A stretch of DNA of 64,000 nt from positions 14,514 to 78,513 of the forward strand of contig JBGTCK010000038.1 in assembly GCA_041748855.1 (NCBI GenBank), written 5' to 3'. This stretch comes from Acidimicrobiia bacterium. Lineage in GTDB: Bacteria; Actinomycetota; Acidimicrobiia; Spongiisociales; ZC4RG35. Numbering within the stretch: position 1 is the stretch's first letter; every line of letters starts with the position of its first letter. Below, piece by piece: positions 18,189 to 26,965 of this stretch. A program made the translations under genes and the position numbers. The notes beneath the pieces are model-generated. The model was not told where the DNA came from and ran no database searches. It saw only the letters and a program-made list of their open reading frames with translations.

Positions 18189-20833
18189 CCGGCTTCCTGC
18201 GCGATCTCGGCCTGGGCGGCGGCCAGCCGGGCACCCTCCACCCGGGGTGGGCTGCAGGACACATAGTCGAGGCCGATGGAGCGTACGAATGCAATCGAGT
18301 CCGGGTCGCCGCCGTGTTCACCGCAGATTCCGAGCGTCAACTCCGCATTGGCCTCTCGCCCTTCCTTGGCCGCAACCCGCATCAGCCTTCCCACGCCGTC
18401 GACATCGATGGTCTGGAACGGATCGGAGGTGAGGATGCCTCGCTCGAGATAGTCACGGAGGAACAGCCCTTCGGCGTCGTCGCGGCTCAACCCGTATGTC
18501 ATCTGAGTCAGGTCGTTGGTCCCGAAGGAGAAAAAGTCGGCGACTTCGGCGATCTCGCCAGCCGTCAGGGCGGCCCGGGGGAGCTCGATCATCGTCCCCA
18601 CCGGCACACTGATGTCGAGCCCGGTATGAGCAGTGGCGTCTGCCATCTCGGCTTCGATCATCTCGCGCATGAGTCGCAGTTCCTCGACTGTGGCCACCAG
18701 GGGGATCATGATCTCCATGACCGGGCTGCCGCCTGCATTGAGGCGGTTGGCGATCGCTTTGCCTGCGGCCCTTGCCTGCATACGGTAGAGCTGGGAGATC
18801 ATCAACCCCAGCCTCACGCCTCGCAACCCGAGCATCGGGTTGGTCTCCTCCCAGCGTGCCACCTTGTCGGACATGGCGTGAAGCTCATCGACGTTTCGGC
18901 CGGCCCGGACCATCCTCACCGCCTCCTGCTCCAGTTCCAACCGGGAAGGGAGGAACTCGTGGAGCGGGGGGTCGAGCAGCCGGACGACCACCGGCAGACC
19001 ATCCATCGCCTCGAGCAGGTCGGTGAAGTCCTCGATCTGGAGCTCCTCGAGCTCGGCCAGTGCCTCTTCGCGCGCCTGGTCGTCGACGGCGAGAATTATC
19101 TTTCGGACGGTCTCCAGCCGCTCGCCGAGGAACATGTGCTCGGTGCGGGCGAGTCCGATGCCTTCAGCGCCGAATTCCCGCGCTGTCGTGGCGTCGGCTG
19201 CAGTGTCGGCGTTGGCCCACACTCCCATCGTCCTGATCTCATCGGCCCAGGAGAGAAGCTCCAACAGCTCGTGCAAAGACTCCGGCTCGACGAGCTCTGC
19301 CGCGCCGGCGTACGCCAGCCCGTTGGTCCCGTCGATTGTGATCACATCGCCCGCCCGGATGTCGGTCGTGCCCGACGTGGCGATCTGGTTTGCGGGGTCC
19401 ACGATCAGCTTGGATGCTCCGGTGAGGGCCGGCTTGCCCATGCCCCGGGCCACCACCGCGGCGTGGGAGGTCTTTCCGCCGTGACTGGTCAGGATTCCCT
19501 CAGCGGCGTTCATCCCGTGAATGTCGTCCGGCGTGGTCTGGGGCCTGATGAGTATCACTGCTGTTCCCTCCCGGGCCAGCGCCACCGCCGAGTCGGCGTC
19601 GAAGCAGGCGACCCCGATGGCTGCGCCGGGAGAGGCTGGCACTCCATGGACGAAGGGCTCCAGCGGCGTGTTGGGATCGATCTGAGGCCTCCGCAGTTGT
19701 TCCAGATCGGCGGGCGGGACCCTGGTTACGGCAGTTCTGCGATCGATCAGGCCCTCATTGGCCATTGCTACCGCCAACCTGATGGCTGCCGGCCCGGTTC
19801 GCTTGCCAGCACGCGTCTGCAGGATGTAGAGCACTCCCTTTTCGATGGTGAACTCGATATCGCACATGTCGGTGTAGTGGGTCTCGATCTCCGACATGAT
19901 CTCGATGAGCTGGCGATGACAGTCCGGCTGGAGGTCGCTGAGATCGTCGAGAGTCAGGGGATCGCGCAATCCGGCGACGACGTCTTCGCCCTGGGCACGT
20001 GGAAGGTAGTCACCGTAGGTTCCCTTCTCACCGGTTCCGGGGTCACGGGTGAAACACACGCCGGTTCCGCTGTCGTCTCCGAGGTCGCCGAACACCATCA
20101 TCTGGACGTTGCAGGCAGTGCCTGCCTCGTCGAGAATCCCGTGGATGCGCCGGTAATCAACCGCCCTGCGGTTACCCCATGAGGAGAAGACGGCGGTCAC
20201 AGCCCCGCGGAGCTGGTCTATGGGATCGTCGGGCAGCCCGCCGGGATGCTCCTCCTCGACGACAGCTCTGAACTGTTCGGTCGCCGACCTGAGGTCGGCG
20301 GTGGTGAGGTCGGCATCGTTGTCGACCGCCCTTTCCCGACGCAGGTCGGTGAGAATCGCCTGGAATCGGTCCTCGTCGATACCGAGGACGACGTCGCCGT
20401 ACATCTGGACAAAGCGGCGGTAGGCATCCCAGGCAAAGTGCTCGTCACCGGACCAAGTCGCAAGCTTCTTCACGACGTCGTCGTTGATGCCGAGATTGAG
20501 CACCGTGTCCATCATCCCCGGCATCGACCTTGCCCCTCCGGACCGCACCGAGAGGAGGAGTGGTACCGGGCCCCCGCCGAAGGAGCGGGAAGTCTGCTCC
20601 TCGAGACGTTCGACCGCCTCGACAACCCCGTCCCAGAGGTTCTCCGGCAATTCCCCCGTTTTCATGAAATGACGGCACACCTCGGTGGTGAGGATGAAAC
20701 CGGGTGGCACCGGCAGGCCGAGAGATGTCATCCGGGCCAGCCCCGCCCCTTTACCGCCAAGCAGTTCCGGGTCGGGGGTCTTTACTTTGTCGAAGTCGAA
20801 CAGCACGAGGTCTTGCTCCATTAGAGACAACAT
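18185..20833 (-). CDS. ppdK: pyruvate, phosphate dikinase
   Basis: 882 aa, with GGKGAGLARM, the phosphohistidine region GGKTSHAAVVARGMG, and a PEP-utilizer C-terminal domain. Confidence 0.95.
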   Translation of the reverse strand: MLSLMEQDLVLFDFDKVKTPDPELLGGKGAGLARMTSLGLPVPPGFILTTEVCRHFMKTGELPENLWDGVVEAVERLEEQTSRSFGGGPVPLLLSVRSGGARSMPGMMDTVLNLGINDDVVKKLATWSGDEHFAWDAYRRFVQMYGDVVLGIDEDRFQAILTDLRRERAVDNDADLTTADLRSATEQFRAVVEEEHPGGLPDDPIDQLRGAVTAVFSSWGNRRAVDYRRIHGILDEAGTACNVQMMVFGDLGDDSGTGVCFTRDPGTGEKGTYGDYLPRAQGEDVVAGLRDPLTLDDLSDLQPDCHRQLIEIMSEIETHYTDMCDIEFTIEKGVLYILQTRAGKRTGPAAIRLAVAMANEGLIDRRTAVTRVPPADLEQLRRPQIDPNTPLEPFVHGVPASPGAAIGVACFDADSAVALAREGTAVILIRPQTTPDDIHGMNAAEGILTSHGGKTSHAAVVARGMGKPALTGASKLIVDPANQIATSGTTDIRAGDVITIDGTNGLAYAGAAELVEPESLHELLELLSWADEIRTMGVWANADTAADATTAREFGAEGIGLARTEHMFLGERLETVRKIILAVDDQAREEALAELEELQIEDFTDLLEAMDGLPVVVRLLDPPLHEFLPSRLELEQEAVRMVRAGRNVDELHAMSDKVARWEETNPMLGLRGVRLGLMISQLYRMQARAAGKAIANRLNAGGSPVMEIMIPLVATVEELRLMREMIEAEMADATAHTGLDISVPVGTMIELPRAALTAGEIAEVADFFSFGTNDLTQMTYGLSRDDAEGLFLRDYLERGILTSDPFQTIDVDGVGRLMRVAAKEGREANAELTLGICGEHGGDPDSIAFVRSIGLDYVSCSPPRVEGARLAAAQAEIAQEAG

Positions 20834-20940
20834 ACCGAAATTACCGACTGACGGCCCGCACCAACCGAGATCCAGGTCCGAAGAATCGCCGATTTTTCGC
20901 TGAGCGGAGCCTCCAGGTGAAATTCACCAATAATTCTTGG

Positions 20941-22302
20941 CTATTCCTGGACTATGAGCGCGGTCACCATCCCGAACATCCCTTCGTGGGTCTCGACGTG
21001 GCTGAGGATGTGACAATGCCAGACCCAGGTGCCGACCCGATTGGCATGGACCAGGACTGAGTAGCGTTCGCCGGGGGCGACGTTGACCGTGTCCGCCCAG
21101 AAGGGTACGTCGAGCGGAAAACCGTCCTTGGCGAATACCAGTTGCGGGAACTGATGCTGGTGCATCGGATGTACCAGGAGACCCTCGTTGTAGTAGTGGT
21201 AGACCAGCCAGTCGCCTTCGCTGGCGATGTACGGCTCGGTGGCCGGAAACGACTTCCCGTTGAGGCTCAGGCCGATGACTCCGGCGTCGTTGAGCACCAT
21301 GGGGATCTCCTGGGCGATCTCGAGGTCCTCGGGGATCTCCACACCCGAGATCGTCTGTCCGTAGGGAATCGGTGTGTCGCCGATCATGATCGCGCCGAAC
21401 ATGCCGTTGGGCACGCTGATCTGACTGTGGAGGTGGGCGTGATACATGCCGATGGCCGGCTTCTCCGCTTCGAAAGCGTAGGTGAAGGTCTCCCCGGTGA
21501 GGATCGGGTCCTGGGTGTAGGGGGCGACACCATCCATGTCGTTCGGAGTGGAGATGCCGTGCCAATGGACATCGGTGCCGAGCGGAGTGAGGTTGGTGAC
21601 GTTGATTTCGAGCATGTCGCCGACGTCCACCCGGATCCAGGGTCCGGGGACCTGGCCGTTGTAGGCCCAGGCGTCCACGAATTTGCCCGGCTCGACCTCC
21701 CATTCGATCACCCCGGCGGTCAACTCGAAGACTTTGGTGCCGTCTGCCTTGATCTCCACCGGGTCCAGGGGTTGATTTCCCTTCCCTTCGGTTTCGGCGG
21801 GGAAGGCCAGCATCGAGTCGATCATGATCTGATTCATCTCCTCGGCGCTCATCTCTTCGTGGCCCGGTGCGGCAACGTCGGGTGCGTCTGCAGTCACGGT
21901 GAGTGTCAACTCCATCCCGGCCTCGCGGTGTCCCGGAATGTCGCAGAAGATCACGTAGGTGCCTTCGGCGAGAACACCCAAGTCGAGGGTCGCCATCTCA
22001 CCGGTGTTGAGGTCCGGCGTGCGCGCCCCACTTTCCAGGACCAGGTTGTGGGCAGCGCTGCCGCTGTTGTTGGCCTGAATGATGACCGGACCCGGCCTCA
22101 CTTCCTGTGGGCCCACGATGGCGAACTCGATCAGCTCGTAGCTGAGAATCGTTGCCTCCGCCGGTGCTTCGGCTCCCGCGGTCGCGGTGTCCCCTCGTGT
22201 GATAACGACGACTACTGCGAGCAATGCGACAAGAGCACCCATGATCCCAAAGAAGAGAAGGGCGCGATCGAATGATTTTGATGAGTCCATAGCCCCATTC
22301 AA
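20941..22302 (-). CDS. membrane-anchored multicopper oxidase with an extra N-terminal cupredoxin domain
   Basis: N-terminal TM helix. A type-1 Cu-like site CDIPGHREAGM lies in the first domain, then HWHG and HCHILSHVETHEGM (MCO T1/T3 ligands). Confidence 0.8.
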   Translation of the reverse strand: MNGAMDSSKSFDRALLFFGIMGALVALLAVVVVITRGDTATAGAEAPAEATILSYELIEFAIVGPQEVRPGPVIIQANNSGSAAHNLVLESGARTPDLNTGEMATLDLGVLAEGTYVIFCDIPGHREAGMELTLTVTADAPDVAAPGHEEMSAEEMNQIMIDSMLAFPAETEGKGNQPLDPVEIKADGTKVFELTAGVIEWEVEPGKFVDAWAYNGQVPGPWIRVDVGDMLEINVTNLTPLGTDVHWHGISTPNDMDGVAPYTQDPILTGETFTYAFEAEKPAIGMYHAHLHSQISVPNGMFGAIMIGDTPIPYGQTISGVEIPEDLEIAQEIPMVLNDAGVIGLSLNGKSFPATEPYIASEGDWLVYHYYNEGLLVHPMHQHQFPQLVFAKDGFPLDVPFWADTVNVAPGERYSVLVHANRVGTWVWHCHILSHVETHEGMFGMVTALIVQE

Positions 22303-22368
22303 CCGGGGATGAGCACACGGTCATCGGGTCAAAAGTCCCGAGGCGGAAGGACCGATGGCAGGTTGGCG

Positions 22369-23139
22369 TTACCCCTCAGCTCGATAGGTGAGCCCTTCGC
22401 CCCCGGACTGGGTCAGGGTCAAGTTCTGACCGTCGACTTCGGTCCGGAACGGGCCGCCGAGGACCGAGAGGACGAGGCTGTCCTGGCTGGATAGGTCGTC
22501 GGGGCATTCCCCGTCGGCTGCAAGGGTCGGCGTTTCGATCGAACCGGCACTCTCGACATAGGTTCCGGTCACGGTCCGGCAACCGGTGGAGCCGAGGAGC
22601 GAGCCGTCGCTGAACAGCTCCAGAGTCGCCCTGTCTCCGCCCACCGAGCTCACTGAGTCTCCGTTGACCAGCCCGTCGAGGACCCATACCGTCCCGAGCA
22701 GGTCGGCGGTGGAGACCGGAGGAAGCTCTTCGAACTCGAGTGTGGTGTTGTCGCCTGAAAGGACGAGGAGGCCGTCGGTAACACTGACCCCGGAGACGGA
22801 GAGGAGGGCGACCAGGTAGTTCTCTTCCAGTTCCATCACCTCGGTGGGAAAACAAGCCATCTCGGTCCTGATCATCTCCGAGAACGAGATCTCACTTCCG
22901 GTGGTGTCGAAGGTCCCGCCGTAACCGTTGCATGCGGCGGTGCCGGTGACCTCGGCACCGTTGAAGGTCATGGTGACCGGTTGAGTGGCTATGGGTTCGA
23001 TCGCAGTTCCCTGGTGTGTGCCTGAGATCAGCTGCCACGATCCGTCCAACCCGGCTGGTGGGCCCAGCGGCTCGTTGGTCCCGCAGGCGGCGAGGGCGAT
23101 GGTGACAATGGCGATCAGGCTGGTGCTCTTGAGTCTCAT
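22369..23139 (-). CDS. lipoprotein with two META (HslJ-like) domains
   Basis: Lipobox ALAACGT. There are two repeats of the W.L......G pattern with TGCN/GCRT motifs typical of META domains. Confidence 0.7.
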   Translation of the reverse strand: MRLKSTSLIAIVTIALAACGTNEPLGPPAGLDGSWQLISGTHQGTAIEPIATQPVTMTFNGAEVTGTAACNGYGGTFDTTGSEISFSEMIRTEMACFPTEVMELEENYLVALLSVSGVSVTDGLLVLSGDNTTLEFEELPPVSTADLLGTVWVLDGLVNGDSVSSVGGDRATLELFSDGSLLGSTGCRTVTGTYVESAGSIETPTLAADGECPDDLSSQDSLVLSVLGGPFRTEVDGQNLTLTQSGGEGLTYRAEG

Positions 23140-23187
23140 GCCCGGTTCGACGCACCGTCTGGCTAGTTGGTTCCCGGTAAAACGCGA

Positions 23188-24072
23188 TCAGATCGTGATC
23201 GTTGCGCCAGCGGCGAGGGAGAGGCCGGTGAGCAGATGGAGGCGGGCTGTGAGCTTCAGCGCCCGGATCAGAGACGGGCCGTCGGTGGCGGACTGGATCA
23301 GGGACACCGGTTTGGTGGCGAAGGGAACCCAGAATGCGGCGAACAGGGTGGCAATCGGAGTCCAACCGACCAGGCCGAACACAACGATCACCGGAAATGC
23401 CCCGTAGATGAGCACGGCGAAGAGCAGCTTGGTCCGCTGTGGCCCGAGGAGCACGGCAAGGGTTCGTTTCCCGGCCCTGGCATCGGTCTCGAGATCGCGG
23501 TAGTTGTTGGCGACGAGGATCGCCGTTGCCAGCATCCCCACCGGTATCGCCAGCAGCCAGGCGGAGAGGGGAGCCGTCGAGTCGTAGACATACCGTGATC
23601 CAACTGTCGCCACCAGGCCAAAGAAGACAAAGACGAATACCTCGCCCAGCCCGTGATAGCCATACGGCTTAGGCCCGCCGACGTAACCGAGCATCGCCAA
23701 CACCGAGACGGCACCGATGACCAGGATCACCGGCCCGGCGATCAGGTAAAGGGCTACCCCTGCGACCGCTGCCACCGCGACGGCAACCGCTGTGGCAACC
23801 CACATCCGCCGCGGGGTGATGACACCGGTCGAAACCATCCGTGGTGGCCCGAGCCGGTCTTTGCTGTCGGCACCGCGACGGGCATCGGAGGCATCGTTGG
23901 CGAAATTGGCCGCGACCTGGATTGCAAGAGCCCCGATCAATGTCCAGATCAGCGCATCGTTGCGGAAGACGCCGTCGTGCACTGCAAGGCCGGCACCGAC
24001 CATCACCGGCGTCACTGCGGCGGGGAGGGTGTGCACCCTGGCGGCGACGGTCCACGCAGAGAAGGGAGTCAT
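23188..24072 (-). CDS. menA: 1,4-dihydroxy-2-naphthoate polyprenyltransferase
   Basis: UbiA-family membrane protein with an NDASDARRGAD motif. The ATG at 24072 lies 10 nt after the menB stop. The ORF-track start at 24162 overlaps menB. Confidence 0.85.
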   Translation of the reverse strand: MTPFSAWTVAARVHTLPAAVTPVMVGAGLAVHDGVFRNDALIWTLIGALAIQVAANFANDASDARRGADSKDRLGPPRMVSTGVITPRRMWVATAVAVAVAAVAGVALYLIAGPVILVIGAVSVLAMLGYVGGPKPYGYHGLGEVFVFVFFGLVATVGSRYVYDSTAPLSAWLLAIPVGMLATAILVANNYRDLETDARAGKRTLAVLLGPQRTKLLFAVLIYGAFPVIVVFGLVGWTPIATLFAAFWVPFATKPVSLIQSATDGPSLIRALKLTARLHLLTGLSLAAGATITI

Positions 24073-24082
24073 GACACGACGT

Positions 24083-24982
24083 TCAGTATCGCCACGGGAA
24101 GCGGCCGAAGTCGGGGTCCCGTTTTTCCAGGAAGGCGTCGCGGCCCTCCTGGGCTTCGTCAATCATGTAGCCGAGGCGGGTGGCCTCACCGGCGAAGATC
24201 TGCTGGCCGACCAGCCCGTCGTCGATCATGTTGAATGCGAATTTGAGCATTCGCTGAGCGTTCGGGCTCTTCTTCATGATCTCACCGGCCCACTCCAGGG
24301 CGACCGTCTCCAGATCGGCGTGGGGGACCACCGCGTTGACCATCCCCATCTCGTATGCCTCTTCGGCGCTGTAGGTGCGGCCGAGGAAGAAGATCTCCCG
24401 GGCCCGTTTCTGGCCGACCATTCGCGCCAGGTACGCCGAGCCGTAGCCGGCGTCGTAGCTGGCGACGTCGGCGTCCGTCTGTTTGAACTGGCCGTGCTCC
24501 CGGGAGGCGATGGTGAGGTCGCAGACCACGTGGAGGCTGTGTCCGCCGCCGACGGCCCAGCCGGGCACCACGGCGATCACCACCTTGGGCATGAACCGGA
24601 TCAGACGCTGGACTTCGAGGATATGGAGCCTGCCGAGACGGGCAGGGTCGACGCTGTCCCCGGTGTCACCTTCTGCGTACTTGTATCCGTCCTTTCCGCG
24701 AATCCGCTGGTCGCCTCCAGAGCAAAACGCCCAGCCGCCGTCTTTCTCCGACGGTCCGTTCCCGGTGAGCAACACACAGCCGACATCGCCGCTCTGACGG
24801 GCATGGTCGAGAGCGGAAAAGAGCTCGTCGACGGTATGGGGCCGGAAGGCGTTGCGCACCTCGGGCCGGTTGAAGGCCACCCGGACCGCCCCTGTCTTCA
24901 AGGCGCGGTGGTAGGTGATGTCGGTGAAGTCGAAGCCGGGGACCTTTTCCCACTCTGATGAATCAAATATCTGAGAAACCAC
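24083..24982 (-). CDS. menB: 1,4-dihydroxy-2-naphthoyl-CoA synthase
   Basis: Crotonase fold with AFCSGGDQ and the C-terminal FLEKRDPDF typical of MenB. Confidence 0.92.
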   Translation of the reverse strand: MVSQIFDSSEWEKVPGFDFTDITYHRALKTGAVRVAFNRPEVRNAFRPHTVDELFSALDHARQSGDVGCVLLTGNGPSEKDGGWAFCSGGDQRIRGKDGYKYAEGDTGDSVDPARLGRLHILEVQRLIRFMPKVVIAVVPGWAVGGGHSLHVVCDLTIASREHGQFKQTDADVASYDAGYGSAYLARMVGQKRAREIFFLGRTYSAEEAYEMGMVNAVVPHADLETVALEWAGEIMKKSPNAQRMLKFAFNMIDDGLVGQQIFAGEATRLGYMIDEAQEGRDAFLEKRDPDFGRFPWRY

Positions 24983-25012
24983 GATGACAGAGGATAAGGG
25001 GCAAAATCATCT

Positions 25013-25071
25013 AGTGTCCTGTCCGTTGGTCCGATCGCCTAATACACGCATGATCTGCCGGACAGGACACT
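25013..25071. promoter_or_regulatory. perfect 13-bp inverted repeat in the menB/menE divergent region
   Basis: AGTGTCCTGTCCG (25013-25025) and CGGACAGGACACT (25059-25071) are separated by a 33-nt spacer. The 3' arm ends 1 nt before the menE GTG. Confidence 0.5.
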
Positions 25072-25072
25072 C

Positions 25073-26275
25073 GTGATCGATTGGCTGGTCAACGGAGCTC
25101 AGAACGACACGTTTCTGACAACGCCCGAGGGCAGTGTCACCTATCGCCAGGTGTTCGACGCCATGGACGTCACGGTGACGGGACGGACCACGGTCCTCTC
25201 CCCGGAACCCGACCTCAGTTCGGTCCTGGCCATTTTTGCCGCCATCTCCGACGGCCCCCTCATCCTCAAGCCCCGGCAGGGATGGATCGACACCGTGATC
25301 CCCGAATCGGTGATGACTTTGCTGTTCACCTCCGGTAGCAGCGGCACCCCGAAGGCTGTTCCGCTTACCGTGGCCAACTGGAAGGCGGCAGTTGGCGCCT
25401 CCGCGGCTCATCTCGGCCACACCCCCGGGGACGAGTGGCTGATCGCGATGCCGCTCCACCATGTCGGCGGGCTCTCGGTCCTGTTCCGCTCTGCCTATGT
25501 CGGGGGGCGGGTCAGGATGCTGTCCCGTTTCGAGGCGGTCAGCTTTGCCGATGCGCTCTCCGATGATGTCACTTTTGCCTCGGTCGTGCCGACCATGTTG
25601 CGCCGGGTCCTCGACGTCGACGACCGCTCCTACCGGGGACTCAAGGCGATGCTGGTCGGCGGTGGGCCGATTCCGCCCGGCCTGCTCGAGGAGGCATGGG
25701 GGAGGGGGATCCCGGCGATGCCCACCTACGGGATGACCGAGACCTGCGCCCAGGTGGCGACGCTGGAGCCGGGCTCGGGGCTTGCCTACCGGGTCCATCC
25801 GCTTCCCGGGATCGAAATACGGATCGAAGGCGATGGGCGGATCGCCTTGCGCGGCCCCCAGGTTTTCGGCGGCTACCTCGGTGAGGAGCAGCGTGACCCC
25901 GACGACTGGTTTGTCACCGGCGATCTCGGCCGGCTTCACGACGATCGGTCTCTGCAGGTGCTGGGCCGGGCGGATGATGTCATTGTCACCGGAGGCGAGA
26001 ACGTAGACCCGGCCGCGGTCGAAGCAGTGTTGTGGGGGCTGGACGGTGTGGAGGGGGTGATGGTGGTAGGAATCCCGTCGGAGGAGTGGGGTAACGAGGT
26101 CGTCTGTCTCTTCACGGGCACGGTCACCGAATCCGACCTGGACCGGTGGGCCCGAGATCGTCTGGGGCCTTCCCAGGTGCCGAAACGCTGGATCGAGGTC
26201 AAATCTGTCCCGACCACCCCTCTCGGCAAACCCGACCGTGCGGCGGGAAGCAGTCTCGTTGGGAGACTGGGCTAG
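25073..26275 (+). CDS. menE: o-succinylbenzoate--CoA ligase
   Basis: AMP-binding motifs LLFTSGSSGTPKAV, TYGMTETC and TGDLG. It is short (400 aa) and lies next to menB/menA. Confidence 0.8.
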   Translation: MIDWLVNGAQNDTFLTTPEGSVTYRQVFDAMDVTVTGRTTVLSPEPDLSSVLAIFAAISDGPLILKPRQGWIDTVIPESVMTLLFTSGSSGTPKAVPLTVANWKAAVGASAAHLGHTPGDEWLIAMPLHHVGGLSVLFRSAYVGGRVRMLSRFEAVSFADALSDDVTFASVVPTMLRRVLDVDDRSYRGLKAMLVGGGPIPPGLLEEAWGRGIPAMPTYGMTETCAQVATLEPGSGLAYRVHPLPGIEIRIEGDGRIALRGPQVFGGYLGEEQRDPDDWFVTGDLGRLHDDRSLQVLGRADDVIVTGGENVDPAAVEAVLWGLDGVEGVMVVGIPSEEWGNEVVCLFTGTVTESDLDRWARDRLGPSQVPKRWIEVKSVPTTPLGKPDRAAGSSLVGRLG

Positions 26276-26682
26276 GACAGGTCTCCAGGGGTGATCGTCT
26301 CCAGGTCGGTGCGAGGGAAGTCGTCACCGAGGCAGACGATGGGGAGCCTGAGATCGGCTGCAAGGCCATAGACAAAACAGTCACCGAAATTGAGTGCGGC
26401 GGGGTGGCGTCCCTTTCCGAACCTCACGAACCCCCGACTCGCCAACCCTGCTTGCCGGTCGTCGACGTCAACTACCTGTATTGCAAGCGAGCGGACGAGA
26501 TGGTCGGCCGCCGTTGGACCGACCGGGCCCAACTTCTGCGTCAGGACTATTGACAGCTCGAGGAAAGAGCCGCTCGACATGAATCTGCGTTCTGTCGAGT
26601 CGAGTGTATGTGCCACCCAGCCCCCTACAGGTTCGCCGGCCACTATCGCCACGGCGGCCGAAGTGTCGACAACCACGTCCAT
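26272..26682 (-). CDS. vapC: type II toxin, PIN-domain ribonuclease
   Basis: 136-aa PIN domain with VVDTSA at the N-terminus and conserved acidic residues. Its start overlaps the antitoxin stop by 1 nt. Confidence 0.8.
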   Translation of the reverse strand: MDVVVDTSAAVAIVAGEPVGGWVAHTLDSTERRFMSSGSFLELSIVLTQKLGPVGPTAADHLVRSLAIQVVDVDDRQAGLASRGFVRFGKGRHPAALNFGDCFVYGLAADLRLPIVCLGDDFPRTDLETITPGDLS

Positions 26683-26927
26683 CAGTTGGGCAGCCCGTAC
26701 TCGTCATAACCGAGAATCTCGTCTGCTGGCCTGTCGTCGAGTACGGGGTATTGGGCGAACTCCTCCATTAGCCGACGAACGGCGTCACCAACGCTGTCCT
26801 TGGAACGCGTCCGCTCGAGTTGCTCTTTGAGGGCCATCACTATGGCCTCAGTGATGGATTTTCCGGTCAGCGCCGCAAGCTCCCTGGCGAGCTCGTCGGC
26901 CTCCTCGTTCTTGATACTAAGAGCCAT
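26682..26927 (-). CDS. vapB: type II antitoxin (VapB/FitA-like)
   Basis: 81 aa beginning MALSIKNEEADELARELAALTGKS..., the typical Rv0623/FitA-like antitoxin N-terminus, immediately upstream of the PIN gene. Confidence 0.75.
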   Translation of the reverse strand: MALSIKNEEADELARELAALTGKSITEAIVMALKEQLERTRSKDSVGDAVRRLMEEFAQYPVLDDRPADEILGYDEYGLPN

Positions 26928-26965
26928 AGCACCATTCTATACCCTCGTATAGAAATATATAACCG

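Noticed and set aside
17963-20182. 739-aa plus-strand ORF, the longest of several long ORFs antisense to recognised genes. The others are 21142-22275 (+), 23792-24958 (+), 25007-25939 (-), 46002-47048 (-) and 54560-55714 (-).
   Set aside because: Each lies opposite a gene with unmistakable family motifs (ppdK, multicopper oxidase, menB, menE, DUF885/flavin reductase, HD-GYP). Their translations are Arg/Pro/Gly-rich low-complexity sequence of the kind high-GC antisense frames produce.
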